DNA of 64,000 nucleotides, from assembly GCF_009914755.1 (NCBI RefSeq), contig NC_060927.1; one strand, given 5' to 3'. Shown here in pieces: positions 1 to 12,320 of the stretch. The DNA comes from the human T2T-CHM13v2.0 reference genome, Homo sapiens. Every line of letters begins with the position of its first letter. The stretch's first letter is position 1. The position numbers and the translations under genes were made by a program. The notes under the pieces were generated by a model. That model ran no database searches. It saw nothing but the letters and a program-made list of their open reading frames with translations, and was not told the origin of the DNA.

Positions 1-489
1 AAAATTTGACATCTTCTGTCCTAACAAACCATTACTTTGACCAAACTCAGATAAAAGAATTCTTTATGTTTGGCAAAGTATCACTAAATTATCCTCCGAA
101 GGGCTGAGGTAATATTATCCTTATTATGTCAAGTAGAAGTAATCCAGTATGTTGAACTTCGTTAAAGTTCACTTGTTTACTGAGGAATGAAATTATTCTG
201 TAGCCCTTAGATAACTGTGTTAACTATCACCTTGAATTTAAGAGGAAAACAACAAGAGTCGTGGTCTGTATCCTCACAAATCATCCATGACTTGAGCTTT
301 CAGCAACCTAGGATAAGCCGTATTTTGCATATGTAAGAGGGGAACACTCTTTTGGGGGAGGAGAGATTTCTAGATCCTCCTTTGCATTTTCTTCCTCTTG
401 TCATGACTCCAAACTGTGAACAAACACATGTTTTTTAAGTCTTTTTTGTTTCTTTATTTAAAAAAGTGTCTGACATAATAGAACGAGAA

Positions 490-715
490 ATGAGCTTCCA
501 GGTTAAAAAAAAAGAAAAAGAAAAACACCTCGATTCTACTTCTTCCATATCTACTTAACTAGCTGTTATAGCATTAGGCTAAGAGTCAAAGTTCTGAAAC
601 TGTTCCCTTCTTTATGAAACAGGGAACAGTGTACCCTACTTTCTGGCTTGTTGTGAGGGATGAGGTAATACATGTAACAGTTACTTCTAAATCATGCAGC
701 TCTTTGTAAATGTAA
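490..715 (+). mobile_element. MIR SINE fragment (degenerate)
   Basis: MIR-like core and 3' motifs (acttaactagctgt...ttgttgtgagggatgaggtaatacatgtaa); boundaries approximate. Confidence 0.55.
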
Positions 716-1875
716 GATTAAATGTATAAATGTAAGTTGTAATTTACCCTGCAGCTCCATAAGGGTGAGAAATGAAATACAATTTTGCTGATATCACCAT
801 TCAAAAATTGTCAGCAATTAAAATTGTCTATATGTTCAAAGGATGAGTATACTGTGTTTCTTGAATCATGTTTGCGAACTCAAAGAATGGGCAGGGGAAA
901 AACAAGGGACATTCTCCAAGGTCAAAGCATTCTCTCCCAGATTATTAGTTATGTGGGAAGTGATGGTCAGCCTCATTGGTTATTAGATAAATGCAAATTA
1001 AAGCAATATTCCTATGCCGTTTCAATGGATTATAAACTCCTTGAGTTTAGCCCACTTCTGCTTCTCTGTGAGGAGTCAGGCTATACAGAGTAAGGCAAAA
1101 GCTCTGGCTTTTTTTCCCCATGGAGAGTTATCTGAACAGACTTCTATATGGGAAATCCTTGGGTGAGCCCAATGATGACTGCAACTGGGCTGTCAAAAAT
1201 CTCTAATTCTGAGGTTTGTATTAGGAAACCCAAATGCTTGCCACACTCTAACTTGGCCTTATCAGTTGGAAAAAAAAAAAAATATGTCATTTAGATTTCT
1301 ACTCCTTGACTCTCTTCTTTTTATCATTGGATGTCATTTATATGGCTCCACTAACACCCCAAGATCTAAGCATTGGGCTGTGAATCTTAAAAGATAAACA
1401 ATGAGTGTCATTTGGGAAGCAAAGGAACAGAAGACATTAAGCCTTTTTGTGGAATTGGCCTTGTGAGTTTTTACCTTGATAGCTTGCAGGAGCTCACATT
1501 GCATCTGTACAGTTCTTAATCTCATATAGTTCTAGATAGGCAGCTGTAAGTTACTTTGAGTAAATGCTGGCTTTGGACAGTCACTGCAGCTTATGGCTGC
1601 TTTGTCCCATGGAGAGTAGCCAAGGCAGGGTATATGTATGATCTAATAAAACAAAACACACTCTGGTTTTAAGCAAATGCCACACAAGGCTGCCTGCACA
1701 GACTTTACCAAATGGCTTGTAGGTCAGGCAAGGATCTTAGGATGCAGCTTCTTGACCTTGGACCAAAGGATCACAGCTTCATCTGGTATTACAGGGGAGT
1801 TAGAGATAGGACGTTAAGCCTGACAATATTGTCTGCTTTCAAATTGCTAGACATACTGGATTTAAGACTACAGAA

Positions 1876-2173
<298 letters not shown>

Positions 2174-3288
2174 CTACAGAAAGAGTTGTGGCCGGAGTGT
2201 GTGTGCCTTGACCATGGGTTCAAAAAAACTGCATATTACATCTATTCAAGTTGACTTTGGATTTGGTATTTACCTGAATTCTAATGATGCCTTTAGATTT
2301 CAGATACCCACATTGAGTCTTCACCCTTGGAAAGATGGTAAGTTTTATTTTACAAAATTAATAAAAACAAATGAGTCTATTAAAAAGGTAACATGCTACC
2401 TTCTTGGGATAAGAGAAAGAAGCATTTTAAGGAAATTCTTGCAGACAAAAAGATTCTGGGTAATTTACAAAACCTATGCCTGCAACTTTAAGATCAGTCA
2501 TAGTATTAAGTAGTAAAAAAGGCTTTGAAAAGTCATACTTTAGTTTGTGTCAGAATGAGGAAAGATGGATTGTTTAAACTGAAGAAGAAAAAGCTATTCT
2601 TAAAAGAAACATTAAAATTTTGTAATCTAGACAGATATTAAGGGGAAAATTAGATCTTAAAGGCCATAATAGATTGAAATAAAATGGAAAGTCGATCTGC
2701 CCAGGTTTAACTCCTCTTAAAGAAGCATCAGAAGAAAAGAGGGTTCTCTTAGCTCTTAAGAGGTTTGAAACAGTCGACAGAGCTCAAGAGAATTTCAGAG
2801 GAAGGGAGATAAATTATTGGAGCATATTGAAGTTTCTCCACGACAGAGTATCAGGATCCAAGTTCCTAAGAAGAGGTGTCTTCAAAAACATGCTGATGGA
2901 AGAATCATAGCAACAGCCACTAGGAACCTCTGCTTAAAGATTGGGACAGCCCTTTAGCTACAGAAAATCTAGGCAGACTTAAAAGGACAAGATCTGGAAG
3001 ACTAGCACAAAACAAAAACACATTTAAAAAGTAAGTTTTAAAGTGACATGGCCATTGGAAGTAGAGATAAAGTATTGCCTGTACTTTTAGGTGTAATGAT
3101 ACCTACAAATGCCTCTGCATACCAGACAAAAGCAATCTGTGGGTCCCCATTGACATTTTTGCAACCCTGGGATTAAGTCAGAAATACAATATTCTAGATC
3201 CTGTCAAGTTTTGCTGTTATTTTAACTAAAACATAGTTTTAGGCTCACAAAAGAAGAATATCTATTTTCTCATTATAAAAATAATGTT

Positions 3289-3580
3289 GGCTGGGTGTGG
3301 TGGCTCACACCCATAATCCCGACACTTTGGGAGGCCGAGGCACGAGGATGGCTTGAGCCCAGGAGTTTAAGACCAGCCTGAGCAACATAGTGAGACCCCC
3401 ATCTTAAATCAGTCAGGTGTAGTAGTACATACCTGTGGTCCCAGCTGCTCAGAAGGCTGGGCAGGGGGATTGCTTGAGCCCAAGAAGTCGAAGTTGCAGT
3501 GAGCTGTGATGGTGCCACTGCACTCTGACCTGGGCAGCAGAGCAAGAAAGAACCTGTCTCAAAATTATTAATAATAATAA
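3289..3580 (+). mobile_element. Alu, AluJ-like, shortened linker
   Basis: gcttgagcccaggag in the left arm with a diverged equivalent in the right arm (J diagnostic); (AAT)n tail; partial TSD aataatg. Confidence 0.93.
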
Positions 3581-6139
3581 TGCCAAACTTTAGATAGTAA
3601 GCATTCACTTGCCCTTAAAAGATAACAAATAATGAGTTCTATAAACAAGAAACTGTGATTGTAAAACTAACAAATAGCCCACCTTTATGGGGAATCAGAG
3701 GATTCAGAGAAACTGAATAGATCTGTTAGGAAAAATAAACCTGATTTGGGCTTTATTGAAACACCAAATAAAATAAGCATGTCTATGGAACAAAAGCACT
3801 CTCAGCAAATGTTTTCCCAAGGTGAAAAATTCTAAACAGGAAATTTATCAGTTTCTGAGAGTTGAAATGTTTAACCTCAGGCATCTTTTAGAGAAAGCAA
3901 AATTTACATGAATAGTACAGGAACAGCTGGTGGGTCTCCTGACCACTACTTTCACTCCCCATGTGCATTTCTCTTAAAAGTGTCCTAGGTTATTATCTAT
4001 GACCAAACCGAAGAAGTCATTCGTTTATTCTTTTATTCATGAATCTATCACAAGTCTAATGAATAAGGCCCACTTATATAGTCTACCAGTGGAGGGAGGC
4101 AAATAACTGGTGATTATGGTATAACCTCTGGTGGGTCCATAAATAGACTAGATCTGAGGTTCCTAGAAACTTAATAGTGGTGCTGCAGCCAGTTACAACC
4201 GTGGTCAAATACTGGGGTGTACCTTTTAAGCAATCCTCACATGTTGAGCATTAGTTACTATTAATATGTTGTTCCCTGGGAGATCTATAAATGGCACCCT
4301 ACACACATGAGAGTAGCAGTTGGTACTAGTGAAGAGTAAATATCTTTTGATTTTTCCTTTCATGTTTCAGCTGTTGCAAAAATAACAATCATCAACTAGT
4401 GGCAAACCACAGTTGACATGTGGGAAATCAAAAGGGAACCTGCCAAGATAATCTTTGTTCTCTTGTTCAGTCCACAACTACTGGGCAATATATTCAAAAA
4501 AGGATGCATGAGATACTACACAGACAGGAGAGGACCTCTGAGCCAGCATGAACCCAATCCATCAGGGCTGCCCCTGGGCTTTGCCTCATGTGCCATCTCC
4601 AAATCAGCTGTAATATGTTTTCTTACCAGCAACATCAGTCCTGAAATTCTTAACCTGACCTGCCCACAAAGGCACCTGTTTAGACCCTTCTGGTTTCTCT
4701 CTCTGTGGACTTGCCTCAACATTTACCCCTGTCACCCTGCACTTCTAATCTGGCTCTTCTTTGGATGCCCCTCCCTGGCCACAGCTCTGTCTTGGGCCAG
4801 TCCTCTGTGGGGGCTCTCAGATTTCTGGAACCCTCACTTTCAGCATAGCCCCCTGCAGAAATGATTGAACACTGGGTCAGAAGCATAGCCTAGTAGATAG
4901 AATAGATTTCCTAATCCTATGGAGGAAAAACAGGCAAAATAAGTAACTTACAGAAGACAAATTGACTTTTTATCAGACAATAAATATTACCGGCAGCACC
5001 ACATAATTGTGAACTCATTTGCAAAAGCAAAACAGTTGACAAGCACCAGCATGGATTATAGCTCTGATGTTTTTCCACAGATATATTTGGACTATTACGT
5101 TATGTTCACTTTTTTAAAAGATTCTGCCAAATTATAGTATAGACAAGACATTAATGTCTAATATTAGAAGATATAGCCAAGGGAATAAGTGGTAATAAAA
5201 TTTGATAGCATGTTTATTACTGATGCAAAGAAACACTTGTGTTTATTCCAGAAATTTCTCCACATGGTTGTGATACAGCTGCTTTATGGGGCTGTATTCA
5301 ATGATGATTGCAACATATGCTGGAAGCAGCCTGCCTGCCATAGAGACAATATCAGCTTTACAGTTAAATGAACCCATGTTTGATTTCATCTTAGCAACTG
5401 CAGAGCTTCGTGACCTTGAGCAAGCTCCTTAGCCTTGCTGGTATTTAGCTGAGTCATACATCGATGCTTTTGCCATCTTCATAAAATCCTTGTATTAAAG
5501 TTACCCCTTTAAAACACTGAACTCTGATCTTTTTTTTCTCTTCACAGTCACATTTGTAATTATAGCTTGTTTAGTGTTTATTTTTTTTACTATGTTACAA
5601 ATTCCATAATATCAGGAACTATGCATGTGTATATCACCAAGGTATATCCAACACCTAGAATGTATAGAACCCCTAATATATCATTTAAATAAATACATGA
5701 ATACCTAAGCATGAAAAAGATTATAATTTGGTAATTTAGCATAGGTAGAAAGATGATTCCCTCAAACAAATCCTGGGGGTACTTTGTCTCTGGGATGGAT
5801 ATATACATGGGATTTAATACTGTTGACCAATTTGGGGAAGTTCATTGGCAGGGTCAGACTAATGTCATACTCAATGTAAACCTCTCAGAATACACCAGAG
5901 ATAGAAATTTATACTTAAACTCCAGCATGCCCCAGATATGACTCATCAGTGGGCTTTATTTTAATATTTCCTCTTTGGCTAAATTGCAGCCCCTATCCTA
6001 ATCTTTGGTCATTATTTGCAGGCACATAAGCCTTTTTGATCTAAGTGCTGAAAGACCACATTAATGAGACTACACGCTTCTTGGGTTTTTAATTATTTAT
6101 CAATTTATGATGTGAGAAAATCTCTCAAAGATAGAAGAT

Positions 6140-6377
6140 AGAAACCTACATAACATTGAGTAGGAGGGCCTTGAATCGTGGGTTTAAATCCTAGCACATC
6201 TATTTGCTAGCAGATGGACAGTTAACTTCTCTAAACCATAGTTTTCACATCTGTAAAATGAAGATAAAATCAATACCACTTCATAGCAATGTCATGAGAA
6301 ATAAATAAAATAATGCCTATAAAGTCCTTAACCTGATACCTGGCACCTGCAATAAATATTAGCTATTTATTATTATT
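6140..6377 (+). mobile_element. MIR SINE
   Basis: gggtttaaatcctagc (B-box region), catctgtaaaatg core, cctggcac...aataaatattagctatt 3' end. Confidence 0.8.
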
Positions 6378-7230
6378 GATTCTTTTTTCCCTATACTGAA
6401 GGTAACCTTCTTTAAAATATTTTAAAATTAATACTCAGTCATCAAACAATTGTTGAGTGGCTGCTATACAAACAAAGTCTAGGATGTAGAAAATACTAAA
6501 ACACTTTTTAAAAGAGTAAAATTCCTATTACGTGAATTAATAAAATTGGCAATGAAGTATAACAGGTGAAATTCCATTCAAGGCTATATCACCTATAAAG
6601 CTATTCCAAAATAGAAACAATTTTTAAGTAAGACTTTAATATATCTTCAGGTTATTTTATCTCAACTTTCTAAATTAAAGCCACTTTGAAAATATAAGAA
6701 GTGTTTATATTTTGCTACTATGCCTAAATTTTGAGAAATCTATAAAAATAACCCTTTTTTGATATATTTTCATTAACCTGATACATGGCACCTGCAATAA
6801 ATATTAGCTATTTATTACTATTGATTCTCTTTTCCTTATACTGAAAGTAACCTTCTTTAAAATATTTTAAAATTAACACTCAGTCATCAAACAATTGTTG
6901 AGTGGCTACTATACAAGCAAAGTCCAGGATGTAGAAAATATTAAAACACTTTTTAAAAGAGTAAAATTCCTATTGTGTGAATAAAATTGGCAATGAAGTA
7001 TAACAGGTGAAATTCCATTCAAAGTCTATATCACCTAAAAACTATTCCAAAATAGAAAATATTCCAAAATTCAAATTTTTAAATAAGACTTTAATATAGC
7101 TTCAGGTTATTTTATCTTGACTTTCTAAAGAAAAGCCACTTTGAAAATGTGAGAAGTGTTTACATTTTGCTACAATGCTTAAATTTTGAGGAATCTATAA
7201 AAAGAACCCTTTTTTCATATATTCTCATTA
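6328..7230. repeat. Tandem duplication, two ~445-bp copies
   Basis: Copy 1 starts ttaacctgatacctggcacc at 6328 and copy 2 starts ttaacctgatacatggcacc at 6773; colinear throughout with scattered substitutions and small indels. Confidence 0.97.
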
Positions 7231-8660
7231 TTTTACCAAGCAGATTTTTCTCTACTGTACTTAGGTGCTTTTTTTTTTTTTTTTTTTTTTTTTTGGCATT
7301 TTGGACGTGTTTCCTAAGTTGTCCAGCTGCTATTTAGGCTTTCATATTTTTTATTGTACAGAAAGAAAAACGGACAAAACACAGAAAAGTAAAAGAAATA
7401 ACTTTAGAATGTCCATTTGCCTACTTTTTTTCTGTTTTCAGTAGCAAAGTATTCTGGGTAAATAGAAATCGCTAGTGCCAACATATTCCATTTTCCACTC
7501 TTGACAAACATACACAGAATCTCTAATATGTACCAGGCCCTGTGCCAGTACTTAACAAGGACAAATGACTCCTTTCTCAATGAAGGCAGTAGAGAGATTA
7601 GCTAAAAGAAAAGGTTCTAGAATCAGACTGACCAGGTACAGACACTCAGTGACTGTGACTTGTAAAGCTTCTTCACAGAGACTGTCCATGGACTTAGGGA
7701 TCAGGCAGAACCGAGTTACAATTCCAGAGTTTCCATTTAATGGAAAGATCTGAAATATATAATCAGCATTTCTGAGTCTCTGTTTTCTCACTTTTAAAAT
7801 AAGGGTCAACAATCTCATTTTGAAAACTGTGAAGCTGAAATGCAATACACATCTGCAATGTGTTAGCTCAGTGCCTAGGTCATGTAATGCTATGCTAGGT
7901 CCCTTCTGTATCTGTGCCTTTTCTTCCAGACATACCTTTGGAAAAAATATAAATAATTGGGTAAAAAATAAATTTCAGTCAGAAATTAGGGGTTACTGCT
8001 GGCATATACCGTTCTTTTGAAAGGACAGAATGTATTGCTGTGACTAAAAGTCACAAACATAGGCTGAGAACTCACAATCAAAATCTCTGATAGTAGTTGT
8101 TGGTGAGAAATTTAGGATTTTATCAGCACCATAGACTCAATGACTCAAGAAAGCAAAAAAGATGATTAGTTATATACCATCCTGCAAAATGCCATGTAGT
8201 ACTTGTTACAGCAAGAGTTGAATGTTGGTTTCAAACAGATCAAATTGTTCACCATCTGTTCATAGAAAGATAAAGCCCCTCTTCCTGTAAAATAGATCAA
8301 CAAGGATTCGAAGAAAAAATAATTGTCTCAAATTTCAGCATCAAGTGACTGTCCTTATGTAACCAAAAATTACACACAGGGAACAAATAAAAGATCAGCC
8401 AGTAAAATAGAACAATATAAATTTTGAAATCCCTTTCTGCATATCTTGGAAACATTTCACTTGTGTTTTATGGAAGACTGTAAAGTAACAGTGAAAAACA
8501 TATTTAATAGAGTGCCAGATAGTTCAAGTTTTACTATTTTAAGACTTCAATCTTCAACATGCTGTTTTTATACTGTTTATCCAAACTTTAAAATCTTTTC
8601 AGGCCTTAATTGCTTTTGTACTATGCATATAGAATTAAATTTCTGTATAATATTTTATAT

Positions 8661-8725
8661 ACTTATATTTTAAATATAAGTAATCAACTTATATTTTAAA
8701 TATAAGTAATCAACTTATATTTAAA
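8661..8725. repeat. 26-bp AT-rich tandem repeat (~2.5 copies) with internal palindrome
   Basis: Unit acttatattttaaatataagtaatca at 8661, 8687 and partially at 8713. Confidence 0.95.
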
Positions 8726-8734
8726 AACAGTAAA

Positions 8735-10640
8735 CAATTAGAAAGCAAAAGACAAAACCCAGAGAATCTAAAAAAATCTACAGTCTATTAGAATTAACAG
8801 TAAATTTGGCAAAAATACTTTGATACAAGATAAATACCAAATCAATTTTATTCTAAGGAAAAAAGTAGAAAATTAAATTCCATAAATTATATAATTCAAT
8901 ATAATTCATCAAAACACAAGCACCGAGAAATCAGTCCAACAGATGTGTAATATCATTACACTGAAAAGTACAAGGCATTTCTTAGAGGAAGTAAAGAACA
9001 CCTAAATAAATAGAAGGATATATAAATTCATGGTTATGAAGACTCATGTTGGAATGAAGTAAATTATCCTCAAATTAATCTAGAGACTCTAAGAAGTTCC
9101 AATCAAAATCCTCAGCTAGTTATTTTTAGTTGACAAGCTGATTCTAATATTTATGTAAAAATGCAAAGAGCCAAAAGTATCAAGGACAGTCTTGAAGATA
9201 AATATCTAAGTGTAATTTAAAAGACTTATCACATGTCAGGAATTGCAATAAAGCTACAGTAATTAAGTAATTAAGATAGGGTGTTATCAGTGCAAAGACA
9301 GACAAAAATACTAGTGAAACAATATTCTAGAAGCAGACAAATATATAAGTATTTGTTTTAAATCAAATAATGTATTACAGAGCAATGAGAGAAGGATGGT
9401 CTTTTCAAAAAATATATGCTGGATCAATTGTATCCCCATATGGAAAAATTCATTTTGATGCCTAACTTACAATATGCACAAAAATAAATACCATAAAGAT
9501 CATTGATGTAAATGTGAAAGGAAAAATAATAATGGTTTTGAAAGAAAATGATGAGACTATATTCATGACTTGGGGATAGACTGTTTTCTTGAACAGGAAA
9601 CAAAAAGCATTTACCAAAAAGAAAAAAATTATAAATTAGATTATGTTAAAATTAAGAAATTTTGTCCATTAAATGATTCCATTCAAAGATTGGAAAGGTA
9701 ACACAAAGAATGGGAGAAGATATTTGAAATATCTATCCAAAAAAGGAAATATATATATATATTATATATATATATATGTACTACAAATCAGTATATATAT
9801 AGCATATATATATATATGCTACAAATCAGTAAAAGACCCATGCTCCAAAATAAATATTTGAACTGACATTTTGCAAAAAATAATATCCAAAATACAAACA
9901 AGCATATGAAATGATGTCCAATTTTATTAACCAGAAGAAAATACAAATTAAAAACAATTTGAGATCACTATGTAACTACTAGATTTATATCTAAAGTTTC
10001 AAGTTTGGCAATAGTATGGTACACCTTATGGTTAGGATTGTAAATTGGTATAATCACATTGGAAAATTATTTGTTGATATTTAGTAGCTACTCAAGATAT
10101 GCCTACCCTAAGACCCTTAATTCAATTCCTACTTTATAACCAACATTATTCACCAAAAACCTGTGCCAGGATTTTATTCAGAACACCTTCAAACATCTTA
10201 AAAACTATTCACCAAAAACCTGTGCCAGTATGTTATTCAAAACAGCTTCAAACATCTTAAAACAACCCAAATGTCATCAAACAGTAGAATGTTAAGTCAA
10301 TTATGACATATCCCTACAAACAAATACTATACAGCAATGAGAGTGAAACACAATACTGCTACACACAACATGGATGAATCTCATAAACATAATTGTGAAT
10401 GAAAGAAGCAAGACTGTATGATTCCATTTACAAAAAGTTCACAATGGGCAAAATGAATATATGATGTTAAAGTATGGGCAGAAGTTACCTTTGGCTCAGA
10501 AGATGTTGAGGGATAGGTAGCTTCTGAAATGCTTTTATGTCTGAGTGATGGCTAGAACAATATGTTCTCTTTATGAAATACACTGTTCTATGCATGGTTC
10601 ACACACTGTTCAATTATTTTTTATAAAAATTCAATATAAA
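8735..10640 (+). mobile_element. Ancient L1 (L1M/L1ME-like): distal ORF2 plus 3'UTR
   Basis: Degenerate ORF2 motifs (ttgacaagctgattcta, aaagctacagtaatt, ggtcttttcaa) and L1M 3'UTR motifs (aacatggatgaatctca, tgtatgattccattta). Confidence 0.85.
10147..10263. repeat. 59-bp tandem duplication inside old L1
   Basis: tattcaccaaaaacctgtgccag...caaacatcttaaaac at 10147 and 10206. Confidence 0.95.
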
Positions 10641-11289
10641 AATTGACTTTATAAAGTAACATTTTCCCAAAAGATATATAGTAGTCCCAGATTCTTAAAA
10701 TGTTAAAAATATCATTTTATAAGATGCTTGCCCATCTGATAATGCATGAAAACGGAGGCATACCTCCTTTTCTTTGAGTTTTTATTTTTGTGAGTACTAC
10801 ACTAAAATATTTTGAATTTGTGCTACTCTAAATAGTGAGGTTGAAGTGTTTTCATGTTAATTTGTCATTTATATTTCTTTTTCAAATTGCTCATGCCTTT
10901 TGCTCAATGTTTTCTCTATGATGTATACAGTTATTATTATTATTACCATTATTATTTTGTGAAGCTTCTTCATGCAGGAATAGAATGAATAGCTTGCAGT
11001 GTGTGTACAGTTATGAGCTCTGTCTGACCCTTGGGAAAGTTATTTACTATTCAAGTCTCACCTTTCTCATCAGGAAAACTGGATAACAATAATATCAATA
11101 ATTCCGAAAAGGTTTTCTTTTAAAAATTACGTGAGTACCTAGATGACATGTACACTGCAAAATCTTCTTCCACTTTCAACAGCTCCCCACACCTATTACA
11201 TGTAAGAACCCATGCTAGGCACTGGATGGTGACAGAAAGACAATTTCTGTCATTAAGCCAGTGCTCTGGTCAGCTGTCAGTCAAAGCAT

Positions 11290-12035
11290 TATAAATCTGT
11301 TCCTTTCGTTTTCATCTGTCACTTTATTCTGCTGACTTCACTTCCTCAACATCCCTGAAGATGATTCTTTCTGTCCCCATAATCACTGCCTGCATTCAGG
11401 CCTCCAACTTTCCTGCCTCGATGTTGTAATGGCTTCCTAATGAGTCCCTCTGCTACCCTCTCATTAGTCCTCAATCTGTTAAACTCCCTGCTGCCAGACT
11501 GAACATTCTAAATGCAGCTCCCATCATACCAAGCTTCATATTTCACTTGACAAGGATTCCTTTTCTTTATCAGATCACACACAAAAAATTATCTGATCCC
11601 TACTTTTCCACTGCAGCACCATCTCTAACAGTCCCCAATTGGCCTCTTATGTTTCAAAGGTTCCAAAATACAAGCAGTTTCCTGAATAATCCATGATGTT
11701 TATGTCACACAACCTTGCATCTGATGCTCCTTCTTTCAAGAATACCTCTTTGGCTCTATTCCTTTCCTTCAAACTCATCTCAGACACCATTTTTCCCAGA
11801 AGATCTTCTTTTTCCTAACACTTGGGGTTCTAGCTCAGCTGATCTTCCTCTAAACTCTCATAATCTCATCCCATCAAAATACCTGCAAAATTGCACTTAG
11901 CTTTTTTATTGATTTATATGCCCAACTCACCACTCTTGGAACTACTAAGGAGCAAAGACTATGTCTTTTGTATCATTGTCCCTTAATCTTGAACATTTCC
12001 ACATGAATGAGTGAATGAATGAGTGAACAAATGAA
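11290..12035 (+). mobile_element. L2 LINE 3' fragment
   Basis: Pyrimidine-rich L2-like body ending in the characteristic (TGAA)n tail at ~12003-12035. Confidence 0.75.
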
Positions 12036-12186
12036 AGAGCATAATTGAACTGCCTCTCATGGGCTGCCTCCAGCAATATTCTCATGAAGATTTTTAAGAG
12101 GAATTCAATAAAATCAAGTTAAGGTTTCTTCATTCTCTTCTGGAAAGAAGAGAAATTAAACTCTACCCTCTATAGCAATGCAGAAA

Positions 12187-12187
12187 C

Positions 12188-12234
<47 letters not shown>

Positions 12235-12273
12235 CATACATACATACATACATACATACATACATACATGATT

Positions 12274-12317
<44 letters not shown>

Positions 12318-12320
12318 CAT
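12187..12320. repeat. Compound tetranucleotide STR (GATA)11(CATA)8 CATGATT (GATA)11
   Basis: Counted directly: GATA 12191-12234, CATA 12235-12266, GATA 12274-12317. Confidence 0.99.

Noticed and set aside
599-630. 10-bp inverted repeat actgttccct/agggaacagt as a small RNA hairpin
   Set aside because: Too short for a pre-miRNA and inside a MIR relic.
785-1093. 102-aa ORF and similar 60-156 aa ORFs (2199, 4418, 18011, 38521, 42180, 51042, 63142)
   Set aside because: No recognisable domain, many start at TTG or GTG, and the lengths are compatible with chance in 64 kb of mammalian DNA.
2304-2337. Plus-strand 34-nt exon (tttcag|ATA...ATG|gtaagt)
   Set aside because: Good donor, but a short pyrimidine tract with a competing AG and no partner exon or recognisable peptide.
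2515-2800. Possible L3/CR1 3' remnant
   Set aside because: Only a faint motif resemblance (ggattgtttaaactgaagaaga); too weak to call without a profile search.
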